Assembly (NCBI RefSeq): GCF_900232105.1
Contig: NZ_LT934425.1
Span: 1,200,001-1,232,000, forward strand
Direction of reading: 5' to 3'
From: Candidatus Kuenenia stuttgartensis
Lineage (GTDB): Bacteria; Planctomycetota; Brocadiia; Brocadiales; Brocadiaceae
Length of the DNA: 32,000 nt
This document shows positions 15,025 to 26,047 of this stretch, one piece after another (within the stretch, counting starts at the first letter, position 1; every line of letters starts with the position of its first letter). The notes under the pieces were generated by a model that saw only the letters and a list, made by a program, of their open reading frames with translations, ran no database searches and was not told where the DNA came from. Both the position numbers and the translations under genes were made by a program.

Positions 15025-16408
15025 CATAAGCGCTAACTTGTTTTATTGACAAATTTTATTCATCATGGTATTTTTATGTTAATTATCCCGCTAATCACTC
15101 TATAGGAGGATAAAGCCATGATGAGAGAAGATTGGGATCTTCTAAGAACTTTCTTCCCAAACGATTGGAAAAGTTTAGCCGTTGATACAAATGCTTTAAA
15201 AGGCTTGCGCAAGGATAAATCTGAAGAAAAGCTTCTTCGAACATTATTAATTCATTTAGGATGTGGCTATTCATTGCGTGAAACAGTAGTTCGAGCCAAG
15301 CGTGCTAACTTAGCAGATTTATCCGATGTTGCCTTATTAAAGCGATTAAAAAAGAGCAAAGAATGGCTATATAAATTATGTTTATCTTTATTCCGTGAGC
15401 GTGGCCTCCAAATTAATAAACGGAATAATTTTCATCTTCGCTTATTTGATGCAACAACAGTAAAGGAACCTGGGAAAACAGGAAGTCTTTGGCGCATTCA
15501 TTATAGTATTGAGGTTCCTTCATTATCTTGCGATTTCTTTAAACTTACGGGAACTGAAGGAGAAGGCACAGGAGAATCTTTTCGGCAGTTTCCGATGAAA
15601 AAAGATGATTATATTATAGCTGACAGAGGTTACTGTACTGGCCAAGGAATTCATCATGCAACAAGGAAAGGCGCTTATCTTAGCGTTAGAGTTAATTCGC
15701 AATCTCTACGGATATTCGGCGAAGAAAAGAAACCCTTTCCTTTATTGAAAGAAATCCAATATTTAAAAAGACCCCTTGCTATAAAATCATGGAACGTTTT
15801 TATTCCAAACGTTGATAATACTGAATATGTCAAAGGTCGTCTTTGTATAATACACAAAACAGAAGAAGCCATTAAAATAGCTCATAAAAAACTTAAAAGA
15901 CATGCAAGCAAAAAGGGCATTGAACTAAAACCGGAGACCCTTATTTATGCCAAGTACGTAATAGTATTCACAACGTTTCCTGAAAATCAATTTACCGCTT
16001 TTGATATCTTAGAATGGTATCGAGTTCGATGGCAAATTGAACTGGTCTTTAAAAGATTTAAACAAATAGCACAATTTGGACACTTACCTAAATACGATGA
16101 TGATAGCTCAAAAGCTTGGCTTTATGGCAAACTATTCGTTGCTCTTTTGACAGAAAAACTAATAGATTTTGCTACGTCTTTTTCCCCCTGGGGATACTTC
16201 ATTGTCAAGCAAGAAGACTAAAAGCAAATGGCGTGAATTTGCTTTTATGCTTAATCAAGTAAAACGGGCTATAGAACCAGCGTTATCATTACAGGAAGTT
16301 CTTAAGTGCTGGAATGACATTGCTTGTTCTTTAGCAGAAAATACAAGAATCCGAAAAACACAGATATCAAAATACTTCGAGCATACCTAAAACAAGTTAG
16401 CGCTTATG
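15025..16408 (+). mobile_element. IS4-family insertion sequence, copy 2 (1384 bp), inverted relative to copy 1
   Basis: It has the same termini and length as copy 1, and its three track ORFs are identical. No direct repeat flanks it (left ...GTGCAGGGGG, right ACCCCTTGCCC...). Confidence 0.92.
15118..16221 (+). CDS. IS4-family DDE transposase (identical to 6482-7585)
   Basis: The 367-aa translation is identical. Confidence 0.9.
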   Translation: MMREDWDLLRTFFPNDWKSLAVDTNALKGLRKDKSEEKLLRTLLIHLGCGYSLRETVVRAKRANLADLSDVALLKRLKKSKEWLYKLCLSLFRERGLQINKRNNFHLRLFDATTVKEPGKTGSLWRIHYSIEVPSLSCDFFKLTGTEGEGTGESFRQFPMKKDDYIIADRGYCTGQGIHHATRKGAYLSVRVNSQSLRIFGEEKKPFPLLKEIQYLKRPLAIKSWNVFIPNVDNTEYVKGRLCIIHKTEEAIKIAHKKLKRHASKKGIELKPETLIYAKYVIVFTTFPENQFTAFDILEWYRVRWQIELVFKRFKQIAQFGHLPKYDDDSSKAWLYGKLFVALLTEKLIDFATSFSPWGYFIVKQED

Positions 16409-16540
16409 ACCCCTTGCCCACCCCCACTGGTAGGGGATTTAAAGATTTAATGAAGCATGAAAGTAGATTTTCAAATATCATCGGCAAATCATGGTTTCAT
16501 TCTTTCTTCCATGCGAAGCTGGAGCTTCTCAAACAATTAC

Positions 16541-16565
16541 GTTCCCAAGCCCGGAGCTTGGGAAC
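16541..16565. repeat. Perfect hairpin (REP-like, or terminator between convergent units)
   Basis: GTTCCCAAGC-CCGGA-GCTTGGGAAC, followed on the plus strand by AAGCGTTTTTA. The palindrome GAAGCTGGAGCTTC lies 13 nt upstream. Confidence 0.4.
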
Positions 16566-16660
16566 AAGCGTTTTTACCTTTTCAAAAAGCTAAAGTGTTA
16601 CAATATTTTTCTTGTTGCGTAACATGAGTCGCCCGAAGATAAAGCAAAGATCTTACGTGC

Positions 16661-18151
16661 TTATTTTATTAAATAAACAGTAACCTTTATCTTTTTATTT
16701 ACTCCCTTTGCCTTAAAATTGATGTCTGCTTTGCCTTTCCCCTTTTTAGCCTTAATGGTAAATATCACCTGTCCGTTAGCGTCTGTTTTTTGTCCGGATG
16801 GAGTAATCTTTATTTTCTCCGGATTATTTTTAGAAACCTTTGTTTTTACCTTCACGTCCTCGGCAACGCAGCCATCTTCGCCGGTTACCGTTACTATTAT
16901 TTCCGCACTCTCATTTTTCACAATTTCCAACTCTTCCGGATGTGCGGCAATTGATGCGGCTATACAGGTAACCGGAGCAGGTGTTGTCGTTGGCGACGGC
17001 ATTGGAGCAGTTGCCGTTGGTGACGGTGTTACCGCCGCCACAAAAGCGGTAGCTGTTACCACCCTTGGATAACCGGTGGTATTAATTTCATCGAAATAGG
17101 TAATCGTTAATGTCTCCCCTGCGGCTGCCTGAATACGTTCATATTCCAATGTGCCTCCGCTGTCTACCACCTGAATTGTTCCCACAAACGCACCTGTATC
17201 GGCGCCCGTTTCAACCATCCTCACCCTTGTAGTATTAAATGGGGACGTTTCAATAAATACATCGTTTGGCAGCACCTCTGCTTCTGTATGGTTCGTATTT
17301 CGCTCCGCATCTGCCAGCATCATTTTGGCATAGTCTCCTATAGAATAGGAGTCGGCATCAAACGAAAGTGTTGCATCAAAACTGCCGAATGTTAGTTCCC
17401 TTGAGATTGTTGCCTCTGTCAGTGCTTTGCCGGTGTATTCCACAGTGGCAGTACCGCCCTGCACTGTTTTTATAACGCCAATATTTGATCTGACATTTGA
17501 ACTGGCGCCGCCGGTGGTGGCTGTTCCCGTCCTTATAGTTGCAAGGAAAGTGCCGCTGTCAGCGCCGTCCTCATTCAGGTCAAGCAGCAGGTCTTTTCCG
17601 GAATAATAGTTTACGCCAAATACCTTAATGGCGGTGGTAAGCACCTCTTCCGATGCGGAATCGGCGTTTCTGCCGAGATCCGTTACGGTGACAACTACGG
17701 TATCGCCAAAAAGATATGCCATATCCTTGCTCAGTGACATACTGACTGTGTAACCAGGCGTTGGCGCAGGAGAAGGCGTGGGCGTTTCTGCTGGTATTGT
17801 CGGAGTGGGCGTCTCCGTTGCCGGTGGAGTAGGCGACGTAACAAATATTGGCGTAGGAGTAAACTTCAGTTCAGGCGACGGCGTGGGGCTGGGCTTTGAC
17901 GTTGGCGTTTGAGGCGGCGCTGATTCGGTGGTAAAACTCCAGCTATAGTTTGAATTCAGGCTGGTTCCGGCATAGTTTGCAGCACGAACGCCAGCGGTGA
18001 TTGTTGCAGTATATGCGGTGCTGTATGCCAGATTTACCAATGGGGTAAATGTAGCGGCCGCTCCGTTTGCGGTTACCAACCCGGTGACTTTATTAACTCC
18101 ATCGCTGAGTATAAACGTATCATTCGTAAGGGTAGAACCGTTGATATACAT
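16661..18151 (-). pseudogene. Giant surface protein, C-terminal part (494 aa beyond the IS junction)
   Basis: Downstream of the TSD-encoded MY, translation continues INGSTLTNDTFILSDG...YSWSFTT, completing the SbsA/Big_5-like repeat cut by the IS. After that come a Pro/Thr linker, two further beta-rich domains and a C-terminal Ig-like domain. The first 15 residues of the track ORF are IS-derived. Confidence 0.85.
18146..18151. repeat. TSD (ATACAT) of the IS1634-family element
   Basis: The same hexamer lies at 20211-20216, directly outside both termini. Confidence 0.8.
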
Positions 18152-20210
18152 CCCATGTTCCGGAAAGAAATTACTAAAGTCAAATTTGGCAAACACTTAT
18201 AAACATTGATTCTGCGACTACATGTCTTTTGGAAGTCTTTTAATTACTGGCCGAAAACAACATTGGACATTCCAAGTTTTTCCAATAGCATTTGTGTGAC
18301 GGCGGGAAGTTTCACGGCTTTCTTTAAGGTTTCACCGGTATTTTTAGCCTCAAGAGTGGCGATATCTATATCTTTGAACGGCGCATAGAGTTCCTTTGAG
18401 TTTAAAAAATCTTTTTCTCCTATTGCCTTTCGTTGGTTTGATAGATAACGGTTTATAAAATATGCCAGGATGCAGATAGTATAGACGGCTTTAACATGTG
18501 CCTCGGTATTGACAAAGAAGGGCCTGATTTTTAAGAACGATTTTACATTTTTAAAGACATCTTCTATTTTTGTCTTGTCCCGATAGGCTCTAACTATAGA
18601 TTGGGGTTTTGCTTTAAACGCACCTCCATCTTCCCGTTCTGTATGGTTAGTGATAAAAACACATACGCCATCCAACAATCTATCTGCGGCTATAACATCA
18701 GTTAACAGCTTGATTTCTATTTTGAAACTTTTGACGGATTTGACCTGCCCGTTTTTCAGTCTATGGGTAACGGTGATGGACGTCAGAACAGGGTCTTCGA
18801 AATATTTATGAATCTTTAACCTTTTCAGCTCATCTACAATGCGGCTCTTTGTTGCGTCATATTGCCGGTCTCTTTGGGCATTTTTAAGGTTTTTATTCTC
18901 TTCTTTGAGATAATCCTTAAAAAAGGTTATTTTCTCGTCTCTATTATTGCGGTCTTCTATAAATAAAGTGGGATTAAAACCGGTAATAAAACGCTTGTTT
19001 CCTATGACGCCATTGTCATGGTAGTATAATTCATCATCATAGTTTAAAAACCCTTGCGGGATAGGTATATCGGAGGCGTCCTTATCTTCTATGGATAACC
19101 CATTAAGAGACTTTAAACTGACACCGCAAGAGGGTATCTGATTTCTATCCAATGCCGAGATGTATTTGAGTTTGGCTTCTTCTATCAAATTGGCATTGTC
19201 CTCAGAGATTATGCCTCTGTCAAATACAAGGGTGACGTTTTTATCAGTCAATTTGAATCTGGTTTTACAGGCATTGATATTCTGTTTGAGGGTTTTTACC
19301 TCAGCGGTGTTCCCGGGGAATACATCCCATTTGAAAGGATATCCCTCAGAGTTGATAAGAACACCCAGTAAGACCTGCCGCCTGCCATGACACTCTATTT
19401 TGCCCTTGCCAAATGCCGATAGATCACAGTTATATCCCACAAAGTAGGAAGTAGTTAGGTCGTAGTTGATAAATTTATAGGATTCCGGACGTTTCCAGAA
19501 GGTTTGGTTAAAAAGGTGGTTCTCTATAGATATTTTGTTTTTGTGTATTTTATCTAATTCATAATAGATTTTATCGTCATTTAGGCCTGAAAGATCAATT
19601 TTAAGAATGTCCTCCAGCGCGCTCTTTTTCGCCCAATGAGGAATGGAATAATGAGAACACGGATCGGTGCACCTGTTAATAGTCAGTATCTTTGCAATCA
19701 TATTGGTAGGAAGGGCGCCTGCAGTGACATCGTAGTCAAAAGCCTGATCAAGCTGCCACTGGTTCCACAACTCATTAACAACGGCTATATCGAGATATGC
19801 CCTGCTTTCCAGGACTGCAACGTCTTTGAGCTGAGTCTGCAATTGATCTGTGTTTTCAACTGTTTTACATATCAGTTTGATTTGCTCGGCTTGAATATCG
19901 GAAAGTTTCCCGATGGGCCAAAGTATTCTTTTTCTGACCTTTTTGCCATCCCTGTAGGATTCGGCAATAGAGTAAGATTTATAGGTTTTCCCTTTGTATT
20001 TAGAATCGCTATAAGTAAGGTGCATAATGTAGTCCCAATATTCTTTGACTACACTATCATTAATAAAATATTTTGTCAAGTCAGTATTTATAGGGTTATA
20101 AAGGATTTGTATTAATAAATAGGCCATTTATTCTGCGACTACATATTATTTTGAATTTGTGGAAACCCGCTTAAAATAAGGATTTTGTTGAAATCTTTCC
20201 GGAAAGGGGG
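18152..20210 (-). mobile_element. IS1634-family insertion sequence (2059 bp) inside the giant gene
   Basis: The termini CCCATGTTCCGGAAAGA and TCTTTCCGGAAAGGGGG are inverted repeats (14/17). It has a 6-bp TSD and a single 627-aa transposase ORF. Confidence 0.85.
18244..20127 (-). CDS. IS1634-family (IS4-related) DDE transposase, 627 aa
   Basis: Size and layout fit the family: YDLTTSYFVG..., LVFDRGIIS..., and C-terminal YRDKTKIEDVFKNVKSFLKIRP, the Y-R-E-K region. Confidence 0.8.
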   Translation of the reverse strand: MAYLLIQILYNPINTDLTKYFINDSVVKEYWDYIMHLTYSDSKYKGKTYKSYSIAESYRDGKKVRKRILWPIGKLSDIQAEQIKLICKTVENTDQLQTQLKDVAVLESRAYLDIAVVNELWNQWQLDQAFDYDVTAGALPTNMIAKILTINRCTDPCSHYSIPHWAKKSALEDILKIDLSGLNDDKIYYELDKIHKNKISIENHLFNQTFWKRPESYKFINYDLTTSYFVGYNCDLSAFGKGKIECHGRRQVLLGVLINSEGYPFKWDVFPGNTAEVKTLKQNINACKTRFKLTDKNVTLVFDRGIISEDNANLIEEAKLKYISALDRNQIPSCGVSLKSLNGLSIEDKDASDIPIPQGFLNYDDELYYHDNGVIGNKRFITGFNPTLFIEDRNNRDEKITFFKDYLKEENKNLKNAQRDRQYDATKSRIVDELKRLKIHKYFEDPVLTSITVTHRLKNGQVKSVKSFKIEIKLLTDVIAADRLLDGVCVFITNHTEREDGGAFKAKPQSIVRAYRDKTKIEDVFKNVKSFLKIRPFFVNTEAHVKAVYTICILAYFINRYLSNQRKAIGEKDFLNSKELYAPFKDIDIATLEAKNTGETLKKAVKLPAVTQMLLEKLGMSNVVFGQ

Positions 20211-20216
20211 ATACAT
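20211..20216. repeat. TSD (ATACAT) of the IS1634-family element
   Basis: Identical to 18146-18151. Confidence 0.8.
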
Positions 20217-23200
20217 TGAAAAGGTTGCAGATATTGCCGTGTCTATCGCCACACTTGCTGCCCCATTGAGCGGTTTTGTCGAATTTATGGTAAGGGTTAC
20301 GACCGGAGGCGGTGAAGGGGGTTCCGGCGCAGAAACGGTGGTAAAATTCCAGGTATAAGAAGAAGCCATCGCATTCCCAGCCAAATCCTTCACCCCGGTG
20401 GTAATCGTTGCCGTATAGGCAGTGGAATAGGATAGATTATTCAGTGGTGTAAATACGGCCGTCGTGCCATCGCAGGTTACTGCTCCGCTAATGCTGCCGC
20501 TACTATCGCTTAACGTAAATGAGGTTGTGGTGATGGTAGATACATTCATTGTTTCGCTGAATGTAGCAGTGGTAGCATTATTTATTGCCACGCCGGATGC
20601 ACCATTGGAGGGATTCGTGGAATTCACTGTGGGCGGTGTTGTATCCGTTACTGTTCCGGTGGTAAAGCTCCATGTATATGCAGACGACATCGCATTTCCT
20701 GCCAAATCTTCCACTCCCGCTGTAAGCGCAGCCGTATAGGTGGTATTGGATGAGAGATTTGCCAGTGGAGTAAATGTGGCGATGCTCCCATGATAAGACA
20801 CCGCTCCGCCAATGGTGCTGCTGCCATTGACCACTGTAAACGTGGCTATGGTAAGGGAAGAAGCGCTCATAGTCTCACCGAATACGGCAGTAATAGCGCC
20901 GTTAAGGACGACATCCGTGTCCCCGTTGGCAGGAACTGTGGAACTGACCACAGGCGCGGTGGTATCAGCCGATGCGCCGGTTGTAAAACTCCACGTGTAG
21001 TCAGATGCCATCCCATTGCCTGCCAAATCTTTCGCTCCTGTGGTAATCGTTGCTGTATAAGTTGTATTAAGCGCCAGATTTGTCAGCGGAGTAAATGTGG
21101 CGGTAGCGCCTGCACTGGTTACCGTGCCGTCAATATTACCAACGCCATCACTCAGGATAAACGTAGCCTCAGTAATGGTAGAAGCGCTCACTACCTCGCT
21201 GAACGTGGCTGCGATTGCGCCATTGTAAGCAACCCCTGTAGCGCCACTGGCCGGGCTTGTAGCGCTGACCACGGGCGCCGTGTCGTCCGTGGATGTCCCT
21301 GTGGTAAAACTCCACATATACGCAGACGCCATATTGTTTCCAGTATGATCTTTTACCTCAGTTGTTATGACGGCAGTGTAAGCAGTATCGGAGTCAAGGA
21401 TACCTGACGGTATAAATTCAGCGGTTCTGTCATTGTAGGACACCGTTCCACTGATATTGCCGCCGATGTCGTCGCTTACAGTGAATGCTGCCGTTGTAAT
21501 CGTAGAATTGTCCATAGCCTCGCTGAACACGGCGGCGATGGCTCTGTTGACGGAAACATCATTGTCGCCATACGCCGGGCTTGTGAAGCTGACCCCAGCC
21601 GTTACCGTCACCGTTCCGGAATTTACTGCAGTAAGACTCCCAGACGTCGCCTTTATTTCAGCAGTACCTGCAAAATGTCCGGTAAAAACCGCACTCTTAC
21701 CGTCGCCGGATGAGGCAATATCACCGGAAATCACACCACCAGTGATGTTCTCAAGCGACCACGTATCTGCCGCAACATTAGCTACAAAATTATCCGAGGC
21801 ATCCCGGGAAATGGCATATGCGGTAATCAGGTTGCCCGGTGTTATACCCTGCGCAGGAACAATTTCCCCGCTTCCATCCGGTTCCGTCTCTACCCCCACC
21901 TTTGTGGCTGCTCCTGCCAGTATGGTAAAGTCATCGCTTACGTCGGAAGCCAACTCGCTACTTGAAGCCGTCAGGTTCTTTGTGCCAGCCAGGTTGATAC
22001 TCAGGTCATTAAATGTTGCAAGACCACTGGCCTGCGTTGTTTCCACCGTTGTCCCGCTAAGCACACCCGTTCCGGAAGACAATGTCATTGTAATTGAAAC
22101 ACTACCGGTAGATACATTATTTCCATAGATGTCCTGTAGCTGTACCGTCACCGATGGACTGATCGTATTTCCCGCCGTAGTATCCGAAGGTTGCTGGCTA
22201 AAACCCACCTTCGCCACCGCTCCCGCCGATATGGTAAACGCATTGCTGACGGCTGAATTTAATCCGTCACTTGATGCCGTAAGGTTTTTTGTACCCGCAA
22301 TGTTGATGTTCAAATCATTAAACGTTGCGAGGCCGCTTGCATTTGTCGTTTGTAGTATTGTTCCGTTAAGTTCCCCGGTCCCGGAAGACAATGAAATCGT
22401 AATATCAACCCCGGCGGCAGCTACATTATTACCATTGACATCCTGCAACTGTACCGTTACTGCCGGGCTGATCGTAGCCCCTGCCGTGGCATCAGAAGGT
22501 TGCTGAACAAAGACCACCTTTTTTGCCGGTCCTGCTATAGTTGTAATGCTACCGCTCGTGCCCGTTAAGTTGTCAGCATCAGTTCCCGTCACGGTGTGAA
22601 CAGTTCCTGCTGTCGTACTGGTGGTAAAGGTTACCGTTGCAAGGCCGTTGACGTCTGTTATGCTCGTGCCGGATGAAAAGGATCCGCCATTGGTGCTGCT
22701 CCAGGTGACTACTTTACCATCTGCACTTACTGCATTATCATTGGCATCCGCAAGTTGCGCTGTAATTGCTACGCTGCCTCCCGCTGCCGGGCTGTTGTCG
22801 TCTGAACTTACGATGTACTTGCCTGCAAAAGGTCCGGCAGTCCATTGTGAAAATGCATCTACACCGGTAAGCGATAGCGTGTTGGCGTCCGTATCTCTTG
22901 AGGGAACATACCGGCTGGGCCAGGTCGTTCCCCCATCCGTGGATTTTGCATAAATCAAATTTGCTTCGTTTATTCCGTTCAACTCGTTATCTGCATATTT
23001 TGATACGAGGGTAGCATCCAGGCCGGCGTTTGTCGTTGGGGTAATAACAAATATTCTGTTTATCCCGGCAACTCCGTCAATAGTCTGAGCAGTTCCCGTG
23101 CCTGTCTTTCTCAAAACAACCGTAGAACCCGGTGCTGAGCCAGCAGCATTTATCTGGATTCCTAAACCACCAAATGTTTCATTTACCCCCGTTGACAATG

Positions 23201-25021
23201 TGCGTGTTGTCTGAATATTCCCGGTAACGACACTGTCATTTGTAGTATTCCCATCAGTATCGTTTGTTTCTGACAATATTCCGGACGAACCAAGAGTCAG
23301 GGTATTACTACTCCCCGTTGTAAGTATTCCACCCGACACCGTAAGTGTCCCATTAACGGTTGCAGAACCGCCAAGTGTAACTCCACTGGAATTATTGACC
23401 TTGAGGTTTCCATAGGTAAGGGCACTGACCTCCTGCGCCGCTGTACCTGTATATTCCACGGTCAGATCCGTAAGCGTCTTGTTTGAAATGGTATATTGAG
23501 CATTAAAATCAGGAGTAGTTGCCGTCCGTGTTACTTTGACAGTACCGTTCCCGGTCAAAGCGCCGCTTCCGCTGATTACAACTGAAGCACCAGGACTCAA
23601 AACGGCATTCAGGTCAACATCCAGCGTTCCATCAATACTAAAGTTCGTATTTACAGAAACGGCAGCGCCGGTATTCGAAATCGTCAGATTGTTAAACGCC
23701 GTTGTTGTTCCGCCTATGGTTTGTGCGGCGGTTCCATTCAACGTTATTGTGCTTGTTGATGCAGTAAAGGCACCGTTATTTGTAAAGTCTCCTCCAATGG
23801 AGTGGCTAAAGCTGCCAGAGTCAAACGCAGCGCTGGAACCAATGGTGAGGCTGCCGCTAACTGTCATTGCGCCTCCTGCGGCGGCAGAAGCGGTTTCCGA
23901 CATCGAGAAATCTCCGTCGATGGTCAGCGCCGATGCTGGCATGGTCTTTGTGCCGGTACCACTCAGTATGAGATGCCAATATCCCACTGTTCCGCCATTT
24001 GGATTTAACACCGTCTGATCTCCGCCGTTATACTCTACCGTATTTATCAGGAATCGTGCCCGCCATGTTCCATTATTGGTAATTGCACCGGCGATGCGCA
24101 TGATATTGTCGGTGCTCATCGTCAGTTCTGCGCCGGCGTCGATGGTAATATTGTAGAAATTCGTTTCCCCGGACATTGATGCGGCAGCGTTCGTAAAAAT
24201 TACGGTGCTCGTATCGGGATTAAAAGTTCCGTTATTTACCCAGCAACCGTTGCTGCCATCAATGGTAAGCTGCGAACTTGAGGTTCCGTTCAAAATACCG
24301 CCGCTCCGGATTGTCATGCTGTTGATTGTAACGCTGGAGGGTAGTACCGGGGAATAGTTGCCAGAGGGTAGGGCAGGAATTATTACGTCGCCAGTTGCTC
24401 CCGGGACGCCGCCTATCCAATTCGCCGGGTCTGTCCAGTCCGTACTGAAATCGCCATCCCAAACAATATCTGTGGCCACCCTATTGGCAAGTGTCCACTC
24501 GAAATCTCCAAAGATTGAACTAAATGCGGCAATACCCATATTAGACAATTCAATCCAGTTGTCTGTTGTATTGAGACTTGAACTGCCACGTTCCTCTACG
24601 GCGGCTTCGGGGTCAGCATGATAATGCCATGAACTCAGATTACTTTCCGTATTCCCATTAAGTTCTGAATCGTGGTAGTGGAGTTTCACTGTAGCAACAG
24701 AGCCGCTTCCCCCGGTTCGGATAATGTCATAGTATCTCGTAATAGCAGTTGTTTTCCAGGAAGGGGCAGAGCCGATAGTAATTTTTACACTCATTTCTGT
24801 TGGCAACGTTCCTGCATCAGAAAAGGTTATCGTGGTAAACTGACTACCGAAACTATACTGGGTATTGGAGGTAATGGTTGTCCGCTTGACAATGCCTGTC
24901 ACATCACCTGTTCCTACCGTAGTTGCTGAAGCGCCCATCGTAAGCGTGTTGGAGCCTATGGCAAGGTTGCCGGTCAAGGTCAAGGTTGCATTCACCGTGA
25001 GATTTGTGGTTGCTGAAACAG

Positions 25022-26047
25022 CGACGGTTGTATTTGAAATCGTTAAACTATTAAATGTTGTTATACTTGTGCCGGCAATGGTTTGCTCTGATGTACCATT
25101 AAATGTCACGACGCCAGTACCGGCAGTAAAGGTGCTGTTGTTTGTCCAGTTGCCTGTCAGACTCAGGGTGCTCGAATTGCCATCAAGTGTTCCTGCAGTG
25201 AGCGTTACATAGCCATTGATAATGTGAGATAATCCGCTGCCGGGATTTAACGTCCCGCCGCTCCCATTCATCGTTAATGATGCAGCCGTAACACTGCCTG
25301 TAAGAGTCGCCGTGCTTGCTGTCCTCTCAAAGGAAAGCGCCCCTGTTGTAGAGAAACCGGCGATGTTTGGCGTAGCGCTCGTTCCGCCAATGGTTATATT
25401 GGAGCCGTTAGCGGTAAACGTGGCGCTATTAGTAAAACTCCCGTTTAACGTCAGGGCATAGTTGCTTGCTGATGTGTTGAATGTCCCTCCCGTAATATTT
25501 AATGTCCCGTTCACAATTATGGCCGCCCCCAGCGTTCCCGTTCCTGTGCCGGACTTTGTAAGGTTATTAAAGGTAGTGGCATTATTGGTAATCGTTTGTG
25601 CGCCGCTTCCGTTAAAATTGACTGACCCTGTACCGGCGGTAAACGTTGCCGAACCTGTCCAGTTACCGGTCAGGCTCAGAGTACCTGAACTGCCATCGAG
25701 TGTGCCCGCAGTGAGTGTTACGTTACCGTTGATGGCGTGAGATAATCCACTGCCAAGATTTAACGTCCCGCCGCTCCCGTTCATCGTTAATGATGCAGCC
25801 GTAACATTGCCGGTAAGAGTCGCAGTGCTTGCCGTCCGTTCAAATGAAAGCGCCCCTGTTGTCGAGAAACCTGCAATGCCCGGCGTAGCACTTGTTCCGC
25901 CAATAATTATGTTAGACCCATTTGCCGTAAATGTTGCATTGTTAACAAAACTGCCGTTCAAGGTTAAAGCATAGTTGCTTGCGGATGTATTAAGCGTACC
26001 TGCCGTGATGGTAAGGTCGCCGTTTACTATGATGGCGGCGCCAAGCG
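25022..26047. repeat. Intragenic tandem duplication, 2 x 513 bp (171 aa)
   Basis: GAGATAATCC... at 25226 recurs at 25739. The protein units TLGAAIIVNG.L.IT.GT.NTSASNYALTLNGSF...TFN.LT are near-identical. Confidence 0.8.

Noticed and set aside
6295-16408. The IS4 pair as a composite transposon
   Set aside because: Copy 1 has its own intact TSD on both of its sides. The outer flanks of the pair (GGGGTATGCCC on the left, ACCCCTTGCCC on the right) are not a duplication.
16324-16593. 89-aa ORF crossing the right end of IS4 copy 2
   Set aside because: It starts inside the IS, runs into hairpin-rich intergenic DNA, and has no SD or motif.
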